DNA of 64,000 nt, taken from assembly GCA_021734255.1 (NCBI GenBank), contig JAIPJM010000012.1, positions 12,291-76,290 on the forward strand. Reading direction: 5' to 3'. Shown here piece by piece: positions 1 to 10,615 of this stretch. A model generated the notes under the pieces. The model did no database searches, was not told where the DNA came from, and worked only from the letters and a program-made list of their open reading frames with translations. The stretch comes from Fidelibacterota bacterium (GTDB lineage: Bacteria; Fidelibacterota; UBA8477; JABMPR01). Every line of letters begins with the position of its first letter. Position 1 is the first letter of the stretch. Made by a program: the position numbers and the translations under genes.

Positions 1-546
1 AACACGGGCGAACAGAGCGATAGAGCTTGCACCCAGTGAAAATCCAGAAAGCACAGCCATAACCATGCTCATGTCTGAAAAGATCTCTCTATAGATCAGA
101 AACAGACTACCCAGACCAATGACACCCAGTCCAACAACGCTCAAGCCCATGACGGATCCACCAGCAAAGGCAACGCCCAGAGCTTTGGCAAGACCTGTAC
201 GGGCTGCTTGTGAAGTGCGATAGTTTGCTTTGGTTGCAACGCGCATGCCCAGGAAACCGGCCAGGCCCGAAGCCAGAGCACCCACAACAAATGAAGCAGC
301 TACGAGCGGGCTTTTCCCTTCGCCACTATTAGCAACACCTAAAAGAATTGCTACTGCGACGATAAAAATAGCCAGCACCCGATATTCAGCTTTCAAAAAT
401 GCCATGGCACCATCAGCAATATGCTTGCCGATACGCTTCATGGTATCAGAACCTTCATCCTGCTTGTTGATCCAACCTGTTTTCCAAAATGCAAACACCA
501 GGGCAATAAACCCACTGACTGGAACCCAGATCATCATGTCACTCAT
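1..546 (-). CDS. hppA: Membrane-bound H+/Na+-translocating pyrophosphatase, N-terminal part (runs off window start)
   Basis: Not in the ORF track. Manual translation from ATG at 546: MSDMMIWVPVSGFIALVFAFWK...IADGAMAFLKAEY...GFLGMRVATKANYRT...AFAGGSVMG...GFSLGASSIALFARV. GGAGG RBS upstream. Confidence 0.92.
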   Translation of the reverse strand, partial: MSDMMIWVPVSGFIALVFAFWKTGWINKQDEGSDTMKRIGKHIADGAMAFLKAEYRVLAIFIVAVAILLGVANSGEGKSPLVAASFVVGALASGLAGFLGMRVATKANYRTSQAARTGLAKALGVAFAGGSVMGLSVVGLGVIGLGSLFLIYREIFSDMSMVMAVLSGFSLGASSIALFARV

Positions 547-547
547 A

Positions 548-1174
548 TCAATTTTCCTCCTTTATATCCTTGGCCTGGTCAAGGTCTTTTGCTTCAGCAT
601 GAGCCAGCTTCTTCAGATTGACATTGTAGCGGTTCATCGCCTGGTCCATGCCATCTTTCAGCCAATACTCGATCGCATCAGCAGCTTTATCAACCTGCTC
701 AGGAAGGATATTTAAATCACTTTTTGAATAATTTTCCAATACGAAATCTTCAGCGAGACGTTTCCCCTGCTCACCACCGATTCCCATTCTCAATCTGGGG
801 AAGTCGTGGGTGCCAAGATGCTGGATAACGGACCGTACCCCATTATGGGTGCCTGCTCCCCCCTGCTTTCGCAGTCGGATCTCAGGAAAGTCAATATCCA
901 GGTCATCAAAGACCAGCATGCTTTGCTCCTCCGCCACCTTGAAATAGTCCATAAGGTGCCGGACAGCCTGACCACTATTATTCATATAGGTCGTCGGCTT
1001 CATGAGGATTGCATCCTGCTGGTTGCATTTTGCGAAGATGTAGCTGCCTTTTCCCGGACGGAAATCAGCCTGCCACCGTCTGGCAAGTTCATCAATGACC
1101 AGAAAGCCGGCATTATGCCTTGTTTTGGCATATCGGTCGCCAGGGTTTCCCAGTCCAATGATTGCATGCAGCAT
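548..1174 (-). CDS. pth: Peptidyl-tRNA hydrolase
   Basis: GLGNPG..Y..TRHNAGF, KPTTYMNNSG, HNGVRS, RLRMGIG motifs; conserved prs-rplY-pth order. Confidence 0.97.
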   Translation of the reverse strand: MLHAIIGLGNPGDRYAKTRHNAGFLVIDELARRWQADFRPGKGSYIFAKCNQQDAILMKPTTYMNNSGQAVRHLMDYFKVAEEQSMLVFDDLDIDFPEIRLRKQGGAGTHNGVRSVIQHLGTHDFPRLRMGIGGEQGKRLAEDFVLENYSKSDLNILPEQVDKAADAIEYWLKDGMDQAMNRYNVNLKKLAHAEAKDLDQAKDIKEEN

Positions 1175-1199
1175 ACGTCGTCTCTTGTTTCAGACCAGA

Positions 1200-1886
1200 T
1201 TATTCTTCTTTGCCTTCAGATTTCTCTTCAGAGCCTTCACCGTTGCCTTCACCTTCGCCTTCAGCGCCTTCTTCATCTTCGAATTCCAACTCATCGTCTT
1301 CAGTCTCGACAACGGGCTCTTCGAATTTCTGTGGAAGGACCACTGAGGCCAGGGTTGCATCGTCGGCTAGGAGAACTTCATAAGTTTCAGTTGGCAGATC
1401 ACTGGCGTGGATCGCGTCACCAACCATGAGCTCTGACACATCAACTTCGACCGCATCCGGTACATCTGCACCTTTACAGCGAACCAAAACCTCGTGGATC
1501 GTCTGCTGGAGAAGACCCCCTTCTTTTACTCCTGGAGCATCACCAATCATGATCACAGGAACAGGGATCTCAATGATATCTCTAAGACGGATACCAAGAA
1601 AATCGACGTGTATGACCTGGTCGGTTACCGGATGATACTGGATCTCCTTGACCATGGCACGACGTTGCTCTCCATCGATCTCGATGTTAAAAACCTTGTC
1701 ACCTGAATGCATGGCTTCGCGGAAATGTGATTCGGTCATGACATAGGATAGAGCATCTTCCCCGCGTGAATAAAAATTCACAGGAATGAAACCTTCCTTG
1801 CGCAGTGTTTTCGCTGCGCGCCGTCCAAACTCACTTCTCTGCTCAATCTGCAATTCAAAACGTTTTGAAACTTTTGCTTGAGCCAT
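1200..1886 (-). CDS. rplY: 50S ribosomal protein bL25/Ctc
   Basis: LRKEGFIP, KEIQYHPV..HVDF, GVKEGGLL and an acidic tail. Confidence 0.96.
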   Translation of the reverse strand: MAQAKVSKRFELQIEQRSEFGRRAAKTLRKEGFIPVNFYSRGEDALSYVMTESHFREAMHSGDKVFNIEIDGEQRRAMVKEIQYHPVTDQVIHVDFLGIRLRDIIEIPVPVIMIGDAPGVKEGGLLQQTIHEVLVRCKGADVPDAVEVDVSELMVGDAIHASDLPTETYEVLLADDATLASVVLPQKFEEPVVETEDDELEFEDEEGAEGEGEGNGEGSEEKSEGKEE

Positions 1887-1912
1887 TTTCTCTTTCCTTT
1901 ACTTCTCTATTT

Positions 1913-2875
1913 CTATACGTCAAATAGTATACTTATGGATTCTTCGTCATGGATCCGCTTGATCGCTTCCCCAAAGACTGATGCCACACTCACGTGCATC
2001 ATCTTGTCCATCCACTTATCCTCTGGAATGTGAATGGTATCTGTGATCAGCATGCGATCGATCTTGGAATCTTTGATCCGATCGATGGCAGGACCTGACA
2101 GAACGCCATGCGTTACCGCTGCGTTCACTGACAGCGCCCCCATTTCTTTTGCCTTGTGGGCAGCAGCAACCAGAGTGCCTGCTGTGTCAACCATGTCATC
2201 CATGATGAGCACATTCTTAGCGCCTACCTTACCAATAAGATGCATGACCTCTGCCACATTGTGCCCTGGTCGACGTTTATCGATGATGGCCAGGGTGGCA
2301 TCCAGAAGTTTTGCATAAGATCGGGACATGGGTACCGAGCCAATATCAGGAGCCAGCACCACCAGATTATCCAATCCCAGATCCTTGATCGCTTTCACCA
2401 GCACCTTCTTGGAGTAGAGGTGATCGAAGGGGATGTTAAAATATCCCTGGATCTGACTACTGTGGAGGTCCATGGAGACCACCCGATCGGCACCGGCGGT
2501 CTGGAACAGGTCAGCGAAAAGTTTTGCACTGATCGGTACACGCGGCTGATCCTTACGATCCTGACGGGCATAACCATAATAAGGGACAACAGCTGTCACC
2601 CGTCGCGCGGACGCACGTTTGGCCGCATCAAGAGCCAGGAGCAGTTCCATCATGTTGGTGCTTGGTGGGTTGGTGCTTTGTATGATAAAGACATCCTCGC
2701 CTCGGATGTTCTCGTCAAAGCGAACCCACAGTTCACCATCACTAAAGGGCTTGATCGTCATTTTTCCCAGTTCTATACCCAGATAATCGGCAACAGCCTG
2801 TCCAAATTCGGGGTTGGACCGACCAACAAACAGTTTTGGCTTCATGAGCGCTTTTCCCGTTCTTTTCGTGTTCAT
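1913..2875 (-). CDS. prs: Ribose-phosphate pyrophosphokinase (start uncertain: 2884, 2875 or 2845)
   Basis: FSDGE, PYYGYARQDRK, DLHSSQIQGYF, DDMVDTAGT motifs. Confidence 0.97.
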   Translation of the reverse strand: MNTKRTGKALMKPKLFVGRSNPEFGQAVADYLGIELGKMTIKPFSDGELWVRFDENIRGEDVFIIQSTNPPSTNMMELLLALDAAKRASARRVTAVVPYYGYARQDRKDQPRVPISAKLFADLFQTAGADRVVSMDLHSSQIQGYFNIPFDHLYSKKVLVKAIKDLGLDNLVVLAPDIGSVPMSRSYAKLLDATLAIIDKRRPGHNVAEVMHLIGKVGAKNVLIMDDMVDTAGTLVAAAHKAKEMGALSVNAAVTHGVLSGPAIDRIKDSKIDRMLITDTIHIPEDKWMDKMMHVSVASVFGEAIKRIHDEESISILFDV

Positions 2876-2903
2876 TGGTTGCATTTTTCTTTTAATAAAC
2901 ATG

Positions 2904-2974
2904 TTCCGGGAGGAGGATTCGAACCCCCATAACCAGCTCCAAAAGCTGGGGTCCTACCATTGAACGATCCCGGA
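2904..2974 (-). tRNA. tRNA-Gln(TTG), CCA not encoded
   Basis: Minus strand folds as a cloverleaf: acceptor TCCGGGA/TCCCGGA, D stem GTTC/GGAC, anticodon arm CCAGC-TT-TTG-GA-GCTGG, T arm GGGGG-TTCGAAT-CCTCC. Classic position between ispE and prs. Confidence 0.95.
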
Positions 2975-2985
2975 ATGAAAAATTT

Positions 2986-3834
2986 TTATATGCGTGGGTG
3001 TGTTGTCAGAGTATGGTAACGGTTTATAAAGCGTAATTGGGCAGCTTGAGCGGACTCCAAGCTGTCAAAGATCCCATACACAGTCGAGCCACTACCCGAC
3101 AAACTGGCGAAATATGCTCCTTGCTTCAGGAGCTCTTGTTTTATTGTGCCAATTTCTGGATGCATATGAAAAACAACAGATTCAAATTCGTTTTCAAAAA
3201 ACCGTACCAAAGTCGCCTTGTCTAAAAGGCGGCCAAAAGTAATCGGGGGGGGGTGGGCTGTCAATGGTATTTTTAATGCTTCAAATGCTTGTTTTGTCGA
3301 GATATGAATGGGGGGAATGACCAGCAGAAAAACGCCCTCAAAATCAAGCGCTTTGGGTTCCAGCCTTTCGCCAATACCTGTCCCATGCTGGAGTCCGCCT
3401 TTCAGGAAGAAAGGCACATCTGCCCCCAGCTTCAAAGCGATAGATTCCAACTGTTTAGGATCCAGGGGGGCCTCTACGATCTGGTTGAGACCTCTGAGGA
3501 CCGCAGCCGCATCAGCCGATCCACCGCCCAGTCCAGATCCCGGTGGAACTATTTTGTCCAGGGCGATCGTAAGCGGCAGCTCAATACCTGCAGCTTCTGT
3601 GAAACTGTGGTAGGCTGCCTCACAGATATTCTGACCCCCGATCTCAAGATTTACCCCGGTGGTGGCGAAACGAAAGGTGTCAGATGGCGCGAAGTGGAGT
3701 GTATCGCCCCAGTCCAGCTGGAGAAAGACCGTATCCAATTCGTGGTAGCCATCCGGGCGTTTACCCAGAACCCGCAGCCCCAGGTTCACCTTGGTGTGGG
3801 CATCCAGAGAGAAGGGTGTAAAGTGTTGACTCAT
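2986..3834 (-). CDS. ispE: 4-diphosphocytidyl-2-C-methyl-D-erythritol kinase
   Basis: KVNLGLRVLGKRPDGYHEL, PPGSGLGGGSADAA, LGADVPFF, SGSGST. Confidence 0.96.
   Translation of the reverse strand: MSQHFTPFSLDAHTKVNLGLRVLGKRPDGYHELDTVFLQLDWGDTLHFAPSDTFRFATTGVNLEIGGQNICEAAYHSFTEAAGIELPLTIALDKIVPPGSGLGGGSADAAAVLRGLNQIVEAPLDPKQLESIALKLGADVPFFLKGGLQHGTGIGERLEPKALDFEGVFLLVIPPIHISTKQAFEALKIPLTAHPPPITFGRLLDKATLVRFFENEFESVVFHMHPEIGTIKQELLKQGAYFASLSGSGSTVYGIFDSLESAQAAQLRFINRYHTLTTHPRI
3236..3264 (-). promoter_or_regulatory. Sigma70-type promoter internal to ispE, probably driving tRNA-Gln-prs-rplY-pth
   Basis: Minus strand TTGACA-17 nt-TACTTT followed by GC-rich TGGCCGCC. Confidence 0.6.
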
Positions 3835-3890
3835 GCGATCAAGTTATGATTTCTGTTTGAAGAGTGAAGATTTAAGATATGATATCCATT

Positions 3891-3983
3891 TGCCATCCTG
3901 AGCCGAAGGCGAAGAATCTTGATCCAGCTTGATCAATTCGAAACCTCAAAAGGGAGATCCTTCGCCTTCGGCTCAGGATGACA
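3891..3983. repeat. REP/MITE-like inverted repeat (TGTCATCCTGAG...GAAGGATCT family)
   Basis: 29-bp arms tgccatcctgagccgaaggcgaagaatct (3891-3919) and agatccttcgccttcggctcaggatgaca (3955-3983), 2 mismatches; related copies near 39320 and 40850. Confidence 0.85.
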
Positions 3984-3987
3984 CCTT

Positions 3988-4659
3988 TTATTTCGGTTCC
4001 TCCGAGCCTCCTTGTTTGCTTGCCAGGTTCTTCCGGACAATGACGAATCGATGAAACAGAAATCCCCCGATAATGAGAACCAATAACAAGGAAACGATCA
4101 GGTTATATCGTTTCAGATAGATCGTGATCTGTTCCCAATTCTCACCAATGGAGCCACCCAGCCAGATCAAGGCACCATTCCAGAATAAGCTGGAAACGAG
4201 GGAAAGACCGGCCACCTTCCAGACATTCAGTCTCCCGATTCCGGAGAACAATCCAACGACACTTCTTAATCCAGCCAGGAAACGATTGATGAGAACAACG
4301 CCATATCCGTATGTCTCAAACAATTTTTCGACTCGCTCAAGGCTGCTGGGCGAGAACCAGGTTTGCTGGGTTGAGTACATCACGCCTCTGCCATACTTAT
4401 AGCCAGCCAGATATAGGGTCATAAAGCCCAGGACAGAGCCGAACAGGGTTGTTGTCAGCGCCATCCCAAAGGACATCTCTCCCCTGCCCACCATGTAGGC
4501 ACCAAAAAGCAGGATGGTATCACCCGGTATTGGTGGAAAAATATTCTCAATATAGGATGCCAGGAAAATGGTCACGAAAACCAGCCAGGCCGGTGACTGT
4601 CCGATAAATTCGAAGAGGGACTCTAGCACCAGCTTGCCTCGTTCAAGCACTCTGACCAT
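3988..4659 (-). CDS. DedA family membrane protein
   Basis: ENIFPPIPGD, RFLAGLR, several TM segments. Confidence 0.9.
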   Translation of the reverse strand: MVRVLERGKLVLESLFEFIGQSPAWLVFVTIFLASYIENIFPPIPGDTILLFGAYMVGRGEMSFGMALTTTLFGSVLGFMTLYLAGYKYGRGVMYSTQQTWFSPSSLERVEKLFETYGYGVVLINRFLAGLRSVVGLFSGIGRLNVWKVAGLSLVSSLFWNGALIWLGGSIGENWEQITIYLKRYNLIVSLLLVLIIGGFLFHRFVIVRKNLASKQGGSEEPK

Positions 4660-4735
4660 AGAGATCGTGGGGGCTTACATAAGATATTTCTGGATGTCTT
4701 CACCACTGATGGGTCCCAATTTATAATTCAACCCT

Positions 4736-5227
4736 TTAGTTTTTCACGAGTAAGCAGACGGCTTGTGCTTCAACAGCAGCTCCGCTGCCTGTCATCCCCA
4801 GTCCCTCAGTCGTGGTCGCCTTGACGGAGACCTGTTCCATTGAGATGCCCATGGTCTCTGAAAGTTTCTTACGCATACCCGTGATATAGCTTTTCAGCTT
4901 GGGTTGCTGCAGCACCACTGTTGCATCCACATTCCCCACGGCATAGCCCTCGCCGGCAACAAGATCGCTCACGTGTTTCAGCAGATTAATGGAATAGGCG
5001 CCTTCATAATCAGGGTCCGTATCAGGAAAGTGTTGTCCGATATCGCCCATGGCCAGTGCACCCAGCAGGGCATCACAGATCGCGTGGGTCAAAGCATCCC
5101 CATCTGAGTGACCCAGCGTTCCTTTCTCAAAAGGAACCTCAACGCCGCCCAGAACCAACTTCCGATCTTCCACGAGCTGGTGGACATCATACCCGGTCCC
5201 GATCTTCATTTTTGGTTTTTCTGACAT
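4736..5227 (-). CDS. ispF: 2-C-methyl-D-erythritol 2,4-cyclodiphosphate synthase
   Basis: IGTGYDVH, GHSDGD..HAICDALLGA, DIGQHFPDTD, VKATTTE. Confidence 0.97.
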   Translation of the reverse strand: MSEKPKMKIGTGYDVHQLVEDRKLVLGGVEVPFEKGTLGHSDGDALTHAICDALLGALAMGDIGQHFPDTDPDYEGAYSINLLKHVSDLVAGEGYAVGNVDATVVLQQPKLKSYITGMRKKLSETMGISMEQVSVKATTTEGLGMTGSGAAVEAQAVCLLVKN

Positions 5228-5271
5228 TGGTTTTTCTCAGTGTCCTCTACGCTCTCCGTCGTTTTACCTGG

Positions 5272-6327
5272 CTATCGAATAAACATGGCATCGCCATAAC
5301 TGAAGAAGCGATACTTTTTCTCAATAGCTTCATGGTAAGCCTTCAGGATCTTTTCCCTGGATGAAAAGGCAGACACCAGCATGAGCAATGTGGACTTGGG
5401 CTGGTGAAAGTTTGTGATCATACCATCAACAACCCTAAACTCATAGGGTGGATAGATGAACTTGTTGGTCCAGCCATCGCCAGCTTCCAGTTCCCGCGGG
5501 TACATAACCGCTGATTCCAGTGCACGTACTACTGTGGTTCCCACACCGATGATGCGATTTCCGTTTGCTTTCGCTTCTTTGATGGCGCTGACCGTTTCCT
5601 CCGGGACATTGAAGTACTCGGCATCCATCTGATGCTTGGTGATATCTTCCACATTCACCGGACGGAAGGTGCCCAGTCCTACATGCAGGATGACGGTGTG
5701 GATCTTCACTCCCTTGGCTTTGGCTTTCTTCAGCAGGGCGTCGGTAAAGTGCAGTCCCGCTGTGGGAGCAGCCACGGCACCCCGATGTTCCGCATAAACG
5801 GTCTGATAGCGTTCTTTATCCTTGTCGTTGGCTTCTCGCTCGATGTAAGGCGGTAGGGGCCAGTGTCCAACTTCATCCAGGATGGAGTAGAAATCACCGC
5901 CATTCTTGTCAAAGCGAACCACTCGTCCACCGGAGACAGTATTGTCCACGACATCACAGGTGATCTTGTCACCAATGACCAGTTTGTTGCCAACCCTGAC
6001 TTTACGGGCAGGTTTGACCAGGGTTTCCCACAGATTATTTCCCAGCTCCCTGAGCAGGAAGAGTTCAATCTCTGTATCTGTTTTATCCTTGTGGGCAAAA
6101 AGCCGGGAAGGAAACACTTTGGTATTATTCAGGATCAGCACATCTCCTTTTTCAAGAGCATCCACAACATTTGAGAATTTACTGTGCTCTACATTTCCTG
6201 ATTGGGCATCTAATAATAACAATTTTGAGCCATCCCGCTTTGATGTGGGATGCTGAGCGATCAGGTCTTCTGGTAGCTCATAATCAAAATCTGATAAGGT
6301 TAAGGCTTTGGCGCGATCAAACAGCAT
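5272..6327 (-). CDS. queA: S-adenosylmethionine:tRNA ribosyltransferase-isomerase
   Basis: DFDYELPEDLIAQHP, PLPPYI, YQTVYA, AAPTAGLHF, TNFHQPKSTL, YRFFSYGDAM. Confidence 0.97.
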   Translation of the reverse strand: MLFDRAKALTLSDFDYELPEDLIAQHPTSKRDGSKLLLLDAQSGNVEHSKFSNVVDALEKGDVLILNNTKVFPSRLFAHKDKTDTEIELFLLRELGNNLWETLVKPARKVRVGNKLVIGDKITCDVVDNTVSGGRVVRFDKNGGDFYSILDEVGHWPLPPYIEREANDKDKERYQTVYAEHRGAVAAPTAGLHFTDALLKKAKAKGVKIHTVILHVGLGTFRPVNVEDITKHQMDAEYFNVPEETVSAIKEAKANGNRIIGVGTTVVRALESAVMYPRELEAGDGWTNKFIYPPYEFRVVDGMITNFHQPKSTLLMLVSAFSSREKILKAYHEAIEKKYRFFSYGDAMFIR

Positions 6328-6330
6328 ATC

Positions 6331-7365
6331 TTAGTCTTTCTCTCCTTTAAATAAATCGGTCTGTGGTATCTCATTCTTGAGCACAAACCCTAAATGACGA
6401 TAAGCCTGAGGTGTAGCCATACGACCTCGGGCAGTTCTAATTAAAAATCCTTCCATAATTAGAAAGGGCTCATATACTTCTTCTAAGGTGTTGGCCTCTT
6501 CTCCAACTGCAACGGAAAGGGAATTGAGACCAACGGGTCCCCCGTCAAATTTTTCGATCAATGCGCTGAGGATCCGCTTATCCATATCATCCAGGCCATA
6601 CTCATCTACATTCAACATTCTGAGTGCTTCATCTGCCAGGGTCTTATTGATCGTTCCGTCGCTTTTGACCTGGGCAAAATCTCTCACTCTGCGTAAGAGT
6701 CTGTTGGCTATCCTGGGTGTTCCCCGGCTGCGCTGTGCCAACTCCAGAGACCCCTCATCATCAATCGGGACATTCAGAATATTTGCTGATCGTTTGATGA
6801 TCTTCTGCAATTGTTCTGGTTCATAAAAGTCCAGCCGCAGCACAACACCAAAGCGAGCCCGCATGGGCGGCGTCAGCAGTCCAGCCCTTGTCGTGGCACC
6901 GATCAGCGTGAAGGGTTCCAGACTCAATTGGACACTGCGGGCACTGGGCCCTTTGTCGATCATGATATCGATCCGATAGTCTTCCATGGCGGAATAAAGA
7001 TACTCTTCCACAACATGGTTCAGGCGATGGACCTCATCGATAAAGAAGACGTCCCGGGTGTCCAGATTGGTGAGCAGGCCAGCCAGATCAGCCGCCTTGT
7101 CCATGACCGGACCAGAGGTGATCTTGATATTAACTTCCAGCTCTTTTGCCACCAACATGGCCAGCGTGGTTTTACCTAATCCGGGTGGTCCAAAAAGCAG
7201 CACGTGATCCAGGGCTTCCATGCGTTGTTTGGTTGCCTCGATAAAGACCTTCAGCTGCGCCACTGTATCTTCCTGGCCGACGAAATCGTCCAGACTCTGC
7301 GGCCGGAGTGCCCGATCAAATTCCTGCTCTTCGGTCAGTTGTTGCGGTTGGGTTAAATCACTCAT
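6331..7365 (-). CDS. ruvB: Holliday junction branch migration helicase RuvB
   Basis: [45 protein letters not shown]. Confidence 0.98.
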   Translation of the reverse strand: MSDLTQPQQLTEEQEFDRALRPQSLDDFVGQEDTVAQLKVFIEATKQRMEALDHVLLFGPPGLGKTTLAMLVAKELEVNIKITSGPVMDKAADLAGLLTNLDTRDVFFIDEVHRLNHVVEEYLYSAMEDYRIDIMIDKGPSARSVQLSLEPFTLIGATTRAGLLTPPMRARFGVVLRLDFYEPEQLQKIIKRSANILNVPIDDEGSLELAQRSRGTPRIANRLLRRVRDFAQVKSDGTINKTLADEALRMLNVDEYGLDDMDKRILSALIEKFDGGPVGLNSLSVAVGEEANTLEEVYEPFLIMEGFLIRTARGRMATPQAYRHLGFVLKNEIPQTDLFKGEKD

Positions 7366-7487
7366 TTATCGATACATATCATATTTAATTGTTATTTCTC
7401 TCGGGTATCCTAATGATGCGAAAGATGCCGGCAAATATAGTCGGCGGGGGTACCCCTTTCCAAGCAGAGTCGTAACAATCCCTTAGC

Positions 7488-10310
7488 CTAGACATCAAGC
7501 ATTTCTTTTAGATATTTCCCTGTGTAGGATCGCTTCACTTTGGTCACCTCTTCAGGTGTACCTTCGGCCAGGATCTGTCCACCACCATCACCACCCTCAG
7601 GCCCCAGATCAATGACATGATCCGCTGATTTAATGACATCCAGGTTATGCTCAATGACCAGCACGGTATTACCCTTATCCACGAGACGGTTCAACACGGT
7701 CAATAGCATATTCACATCTGCAAAATGCAGACCTGTGGTGGGCTCGTCCAGGATATAGAAGGTACGTCCGGTACCTACCCGACTCAACTCACTGGCCAGC
7801 TTCACACGCTGGGCTTCTCCGCCCGAAAGTGTCGTGGCTTGTTGCCCGAGTTTGATGTATCCCAGACCGACATCGACCAGTGTTTTAAGTTTGCGCTTGA
7901 GCCCTGGTATGGCTTTGAAAAATTGGTAGCCCTCTTCGACGGACATATCCAAAACATCGGCAATGGTCTTCCGCTTGTACTGAATTTGCAGAGTCTCACG
8001 ATTATAACGTTTCCCCTTACAGTCTTCACACTGGACATAGACATCTGGCAGGAAGTGCATTTCGATCTTACGGATACCATCACCCTGGCAGGATTCGCAG
8101 CGACCGCCTTTTACGTTGAAGGAGAATCGTCCCGGCTTGTAGCCTCTCAGTTTCGATTCCGGGAGTTGTGAGAACAGATCGCGGATGAAGGTAAAAGAGC
8201 CTGTGTAGGTGGCTGGGTTTGAACGAGGGGTTCGTCCAATAGGGGATTGGTCGATATTGACCACCTTGTCAACGTAGGCCAGTCCTTCCACGCGTTCGTA
8301 TTTCAGGGAGGTGATCTTGGTGCTATAGATGGACCTGGCCATAGCCGGGTAAAGGGTCTGATTGATCAGGGAGGACTTTCCTGAGCCAGAAACGCCTGTG
8401 ATACAGATGAATTTCCCCAAGGGAAAATCGACGGTGAGTTTTTGCAGGTTATTCCCCCGGGCACCGAATATAGTGATCCTACTGTTGCGGCCTTCTCTTC
8501 TCTGTTTAGGAACAGGGATACTTAGCTTGCCGGAAAGATACTTTGCTGTCAACGAATCTTTATTTTTTAAGATCTGCTTCAGGGTTCCTACGGCGACGAT
8601 CTCTCCGCCGTGTTCGCCGGCACCAGGCCCCACATCAACAATAAGGTCGGCCTCTTCCATGGTCTCCTGATCATGTTCAATGACCAGGACAGTATTTCCC
8701 AGATCACGTAAATGTTTTAAAGTGTCGATCAATCGGCGGTTGTCGCGCTGGTGCAATCCAATCGATGGTTCATCCAGGATATATAAAACTCCCACCAGCT
8801 GTGAACCGATCTGCGTCGCTAGTCGAATACGCTGTGCCTCGCCTCCCGATAATGTTCCTGCGGTTCGGGATAAGTTTAAATAATCCAGGCCAACATTAAC
8901 CAGAAAACTAAGTCGCTCCCGCACCTCTTTTAGGATTTGTTTACCGATGGCATCTTCAGTTGCCGTAAGTTTTAATTTTTCGAAGAACACCTGGAGTTCC
9001 TTGATCGGCATTTGACTTAGCTCAGTTATACTTTTACCACCGATGAGGACATGGTTAGCCTCTATCCGTAAGCGTGAGCCACTGCACGACTCACAGGGCA
9101 GGCTGCTCATGAATCCTTCGACCCATTTTCTAACACCAGGAGAGGTCGTTTGTTTGTAGCGTCTTTCCAGATTTGGGATCACACCCTCGAAGCCGCCTTC
9201 ATACTCACCTTTCCAGCGATCCGATTCATATTCCATTTTTATTTTTTTGTCACCAGTCCCGTAAATGACCGCTTCCCGGGCCTCCTCGCTGATACTGCTC
9301 CAGGGTTGGGTAAACTTGAATTTATAGTGTTTTGCCAGGCTTTTCAGGATGGCTGCATACCAGTTTCCGCGTGGTTGCTCACCCAAGGGAACAATGGCAC
9401 CCTGAAGTAGAGACCTTCGTTTATCTGGAATGATCAGATTTACATCCATGCTCGTTTTTAATCCCAGGCCATCACAGTCCGGACAGGCGCCAAATGGTCC
9501 ATTAAACGAAAAGAGTCTTGGCTCCAGATCAGGATAGCTGATCTCGCAATAAGGACAGGCATAATGTTCCGAGAATATATGTTCGGATTCACCAACCACA
9601 TCCACGATCACCATGCCAGATCCATGTTTTAAAGCTAACTCAACAGAATCTGTTAAGCGCTCTTTGTATTCGTCGTTAATAACAAGTCTATCAATAACTA
9701 TCTCAATTTTATGTTTCTTCTTTTTTTCTAAGGATACAGTTTTAGAAACTTCTTGGATCTTACCATCTACCCGAACGCGAACGAACCCCTCTCGCTTTAT
9801 TTCTTTAAACGTTTCTTTAAACTCACCCTTTCTACTGCTTACAATAGGGGAGAGGATCTGAATATTTGCATTGTGTTTTAAATTCAGAATAGAATCAACG
9901 ATCTGTTGAACGGTCTGTCGGGTAATAGGACGGCCACAACTATAACAGACGGGGCGACCGATCCTGGCAAAGAGAAGTCTCAAATAATCATGGATCTCGG
10001 TAACTGTCCCCACTGTTGAGCGTGGGTTCCGACTGGCAGTTTTCTGCTCAATAGAAATTGCTGGCGAGAGGCCATCGATGTAATCCACATCGGGTTTTTC
10101 CATGAGACCCAGGAACTGACGGGCATACGCCGACAGTGATTCGACGTAGCGTCGTTGTCCCTCAGCATAGATGGTATCAAAAGCCAGGGAGGTTTTCCCT
10201 GATCCAGACAGGCCTGTGATGACGATGAATTTATCCCGGGGCAGTTCCAGGTTGACATTTTTCAGGTTGTGTTCACGAGCGCCATGAACCACTAATTTTT
10301 CACTTCGCAT
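7488..10310 (-). CDS. uvrA: Excinuclease ABC subunit A
   Basis: GAREHNLKN, two Walker A motifs ([16 protein letters not shown]), two LSGGEAQR signatures, Zn-finger Cys pairs. Confidence 0.98.
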   Translation of the reverse strand: MRSEKLVVHGAREHNLKNVNLELPRDKFIVITGLSGSGKTSLAFDTIYAEGQRRYVESLSAYARQFLGLMEKPDVDYIDGLSPAISIEQKTASRNPRSTVGTVTEIHDYLRLLFARIGRPVCYSCGRPITRQTVQQIVDSILNLKHNANIQILSPIVSSRKGEFKETFKEIKREGFVRVRVDGKIQEVSKTVSLEKKKKHKIEIVIDRLVINDEYKERLTDSVELALKHGSGMVIVDVVGESEHIFSEHYACPYCEISYPDLEPRLFSFNGPFGACPDCDGLGLKTSMDVNLIIPDKRRSLLQGAIVPLGEQPRGNWYAAILKSLAKHYKFKFTQPWSSISEEAREAVIYGTGDKKIKMEYESDRWKGEYEGGFEGVIPNLERRYKQTTSPGVRKWVEGFMSSLPCESCSGSRLRIEANHVLIGGKSITELSQMPIKELQVFFEKLKLTATEDAIGKQILKEVRERLSFLVNVGLDYLNLSRTAGTLSGGEAQRIRLATQIGSQLVGVLYILDEPSIGLHQRDNRRLIDTLKHLRDLGNTVLVIEHDQETMEEADLIVDVGPGAGEHGGEIVAVGTLKQILKNKDSLTAKYLSGKLSIPVPKQRREGRNSRITIFGARGNNLQKLTVDFPLGKFICITGVSGSGKSSLINQTLYPAMARSIYSTKITSLKYERVEGLAYVDKVVNIDQSPIGRTPRSNPATYTGSFTFIRDLFSQLPESKLRGYKPGRFSFNVKGGRCESCQGDGIRKIEMHFLPDVYVQCEDCKGKRYNRETLQIQYKRKTIADVLDMSVEEGYQFFKAIPGLKRKLKTLVDVGLGYIKLGQQATTLSGGEAQRVKLASELSRVGTGRTFYILDEPTTGLHFADVNMLLTVLNRLVDKGNTVLVIEHNLDVIKSADHVIDLGPEGGDGGGQILAEGTPEEVTKVKRSYTGKYLKEMLDV

Positions 10311-10615
10311 GGATTCCTCAATTCAAACTTTGAAGATATCTTTTAAAGGCCCTGCATGGAAGAAATATTTACTCCTTACTTGTTGAGAAGCGCTAATGGT
10401 CCGGCAGGAAAAGTTATCAACATTCCCCCCTCAACCCTTCCTGGTAAAGGCTTATAATTCTGACCTGCCGGTCACCATAAGAATGGTGAGTGATTTTGTC
10501 AGTTAGGCCCGCGCCAGGCGGCGGGATCCCATCCAACAAAAGATGGCTTCTTTGGATAAAGGCGTTAAAATACATGCCTGTTTACATGTATTATCACTGA
10601 AAGGAGCACAGTTTC

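Noticed and set aside
230..715. 161-aa + strand ORF
   Set aside because: Antisense shadow of hppA and pth, which have clear family motifs on the minus strand.
2156..2932. 258-aa + strand ORF and many similar opposite-strand ORFs in the track
   Set aside because: Antisense to well-conserved genes (here prs and tRNA-Gln) with no recognisable motifs.
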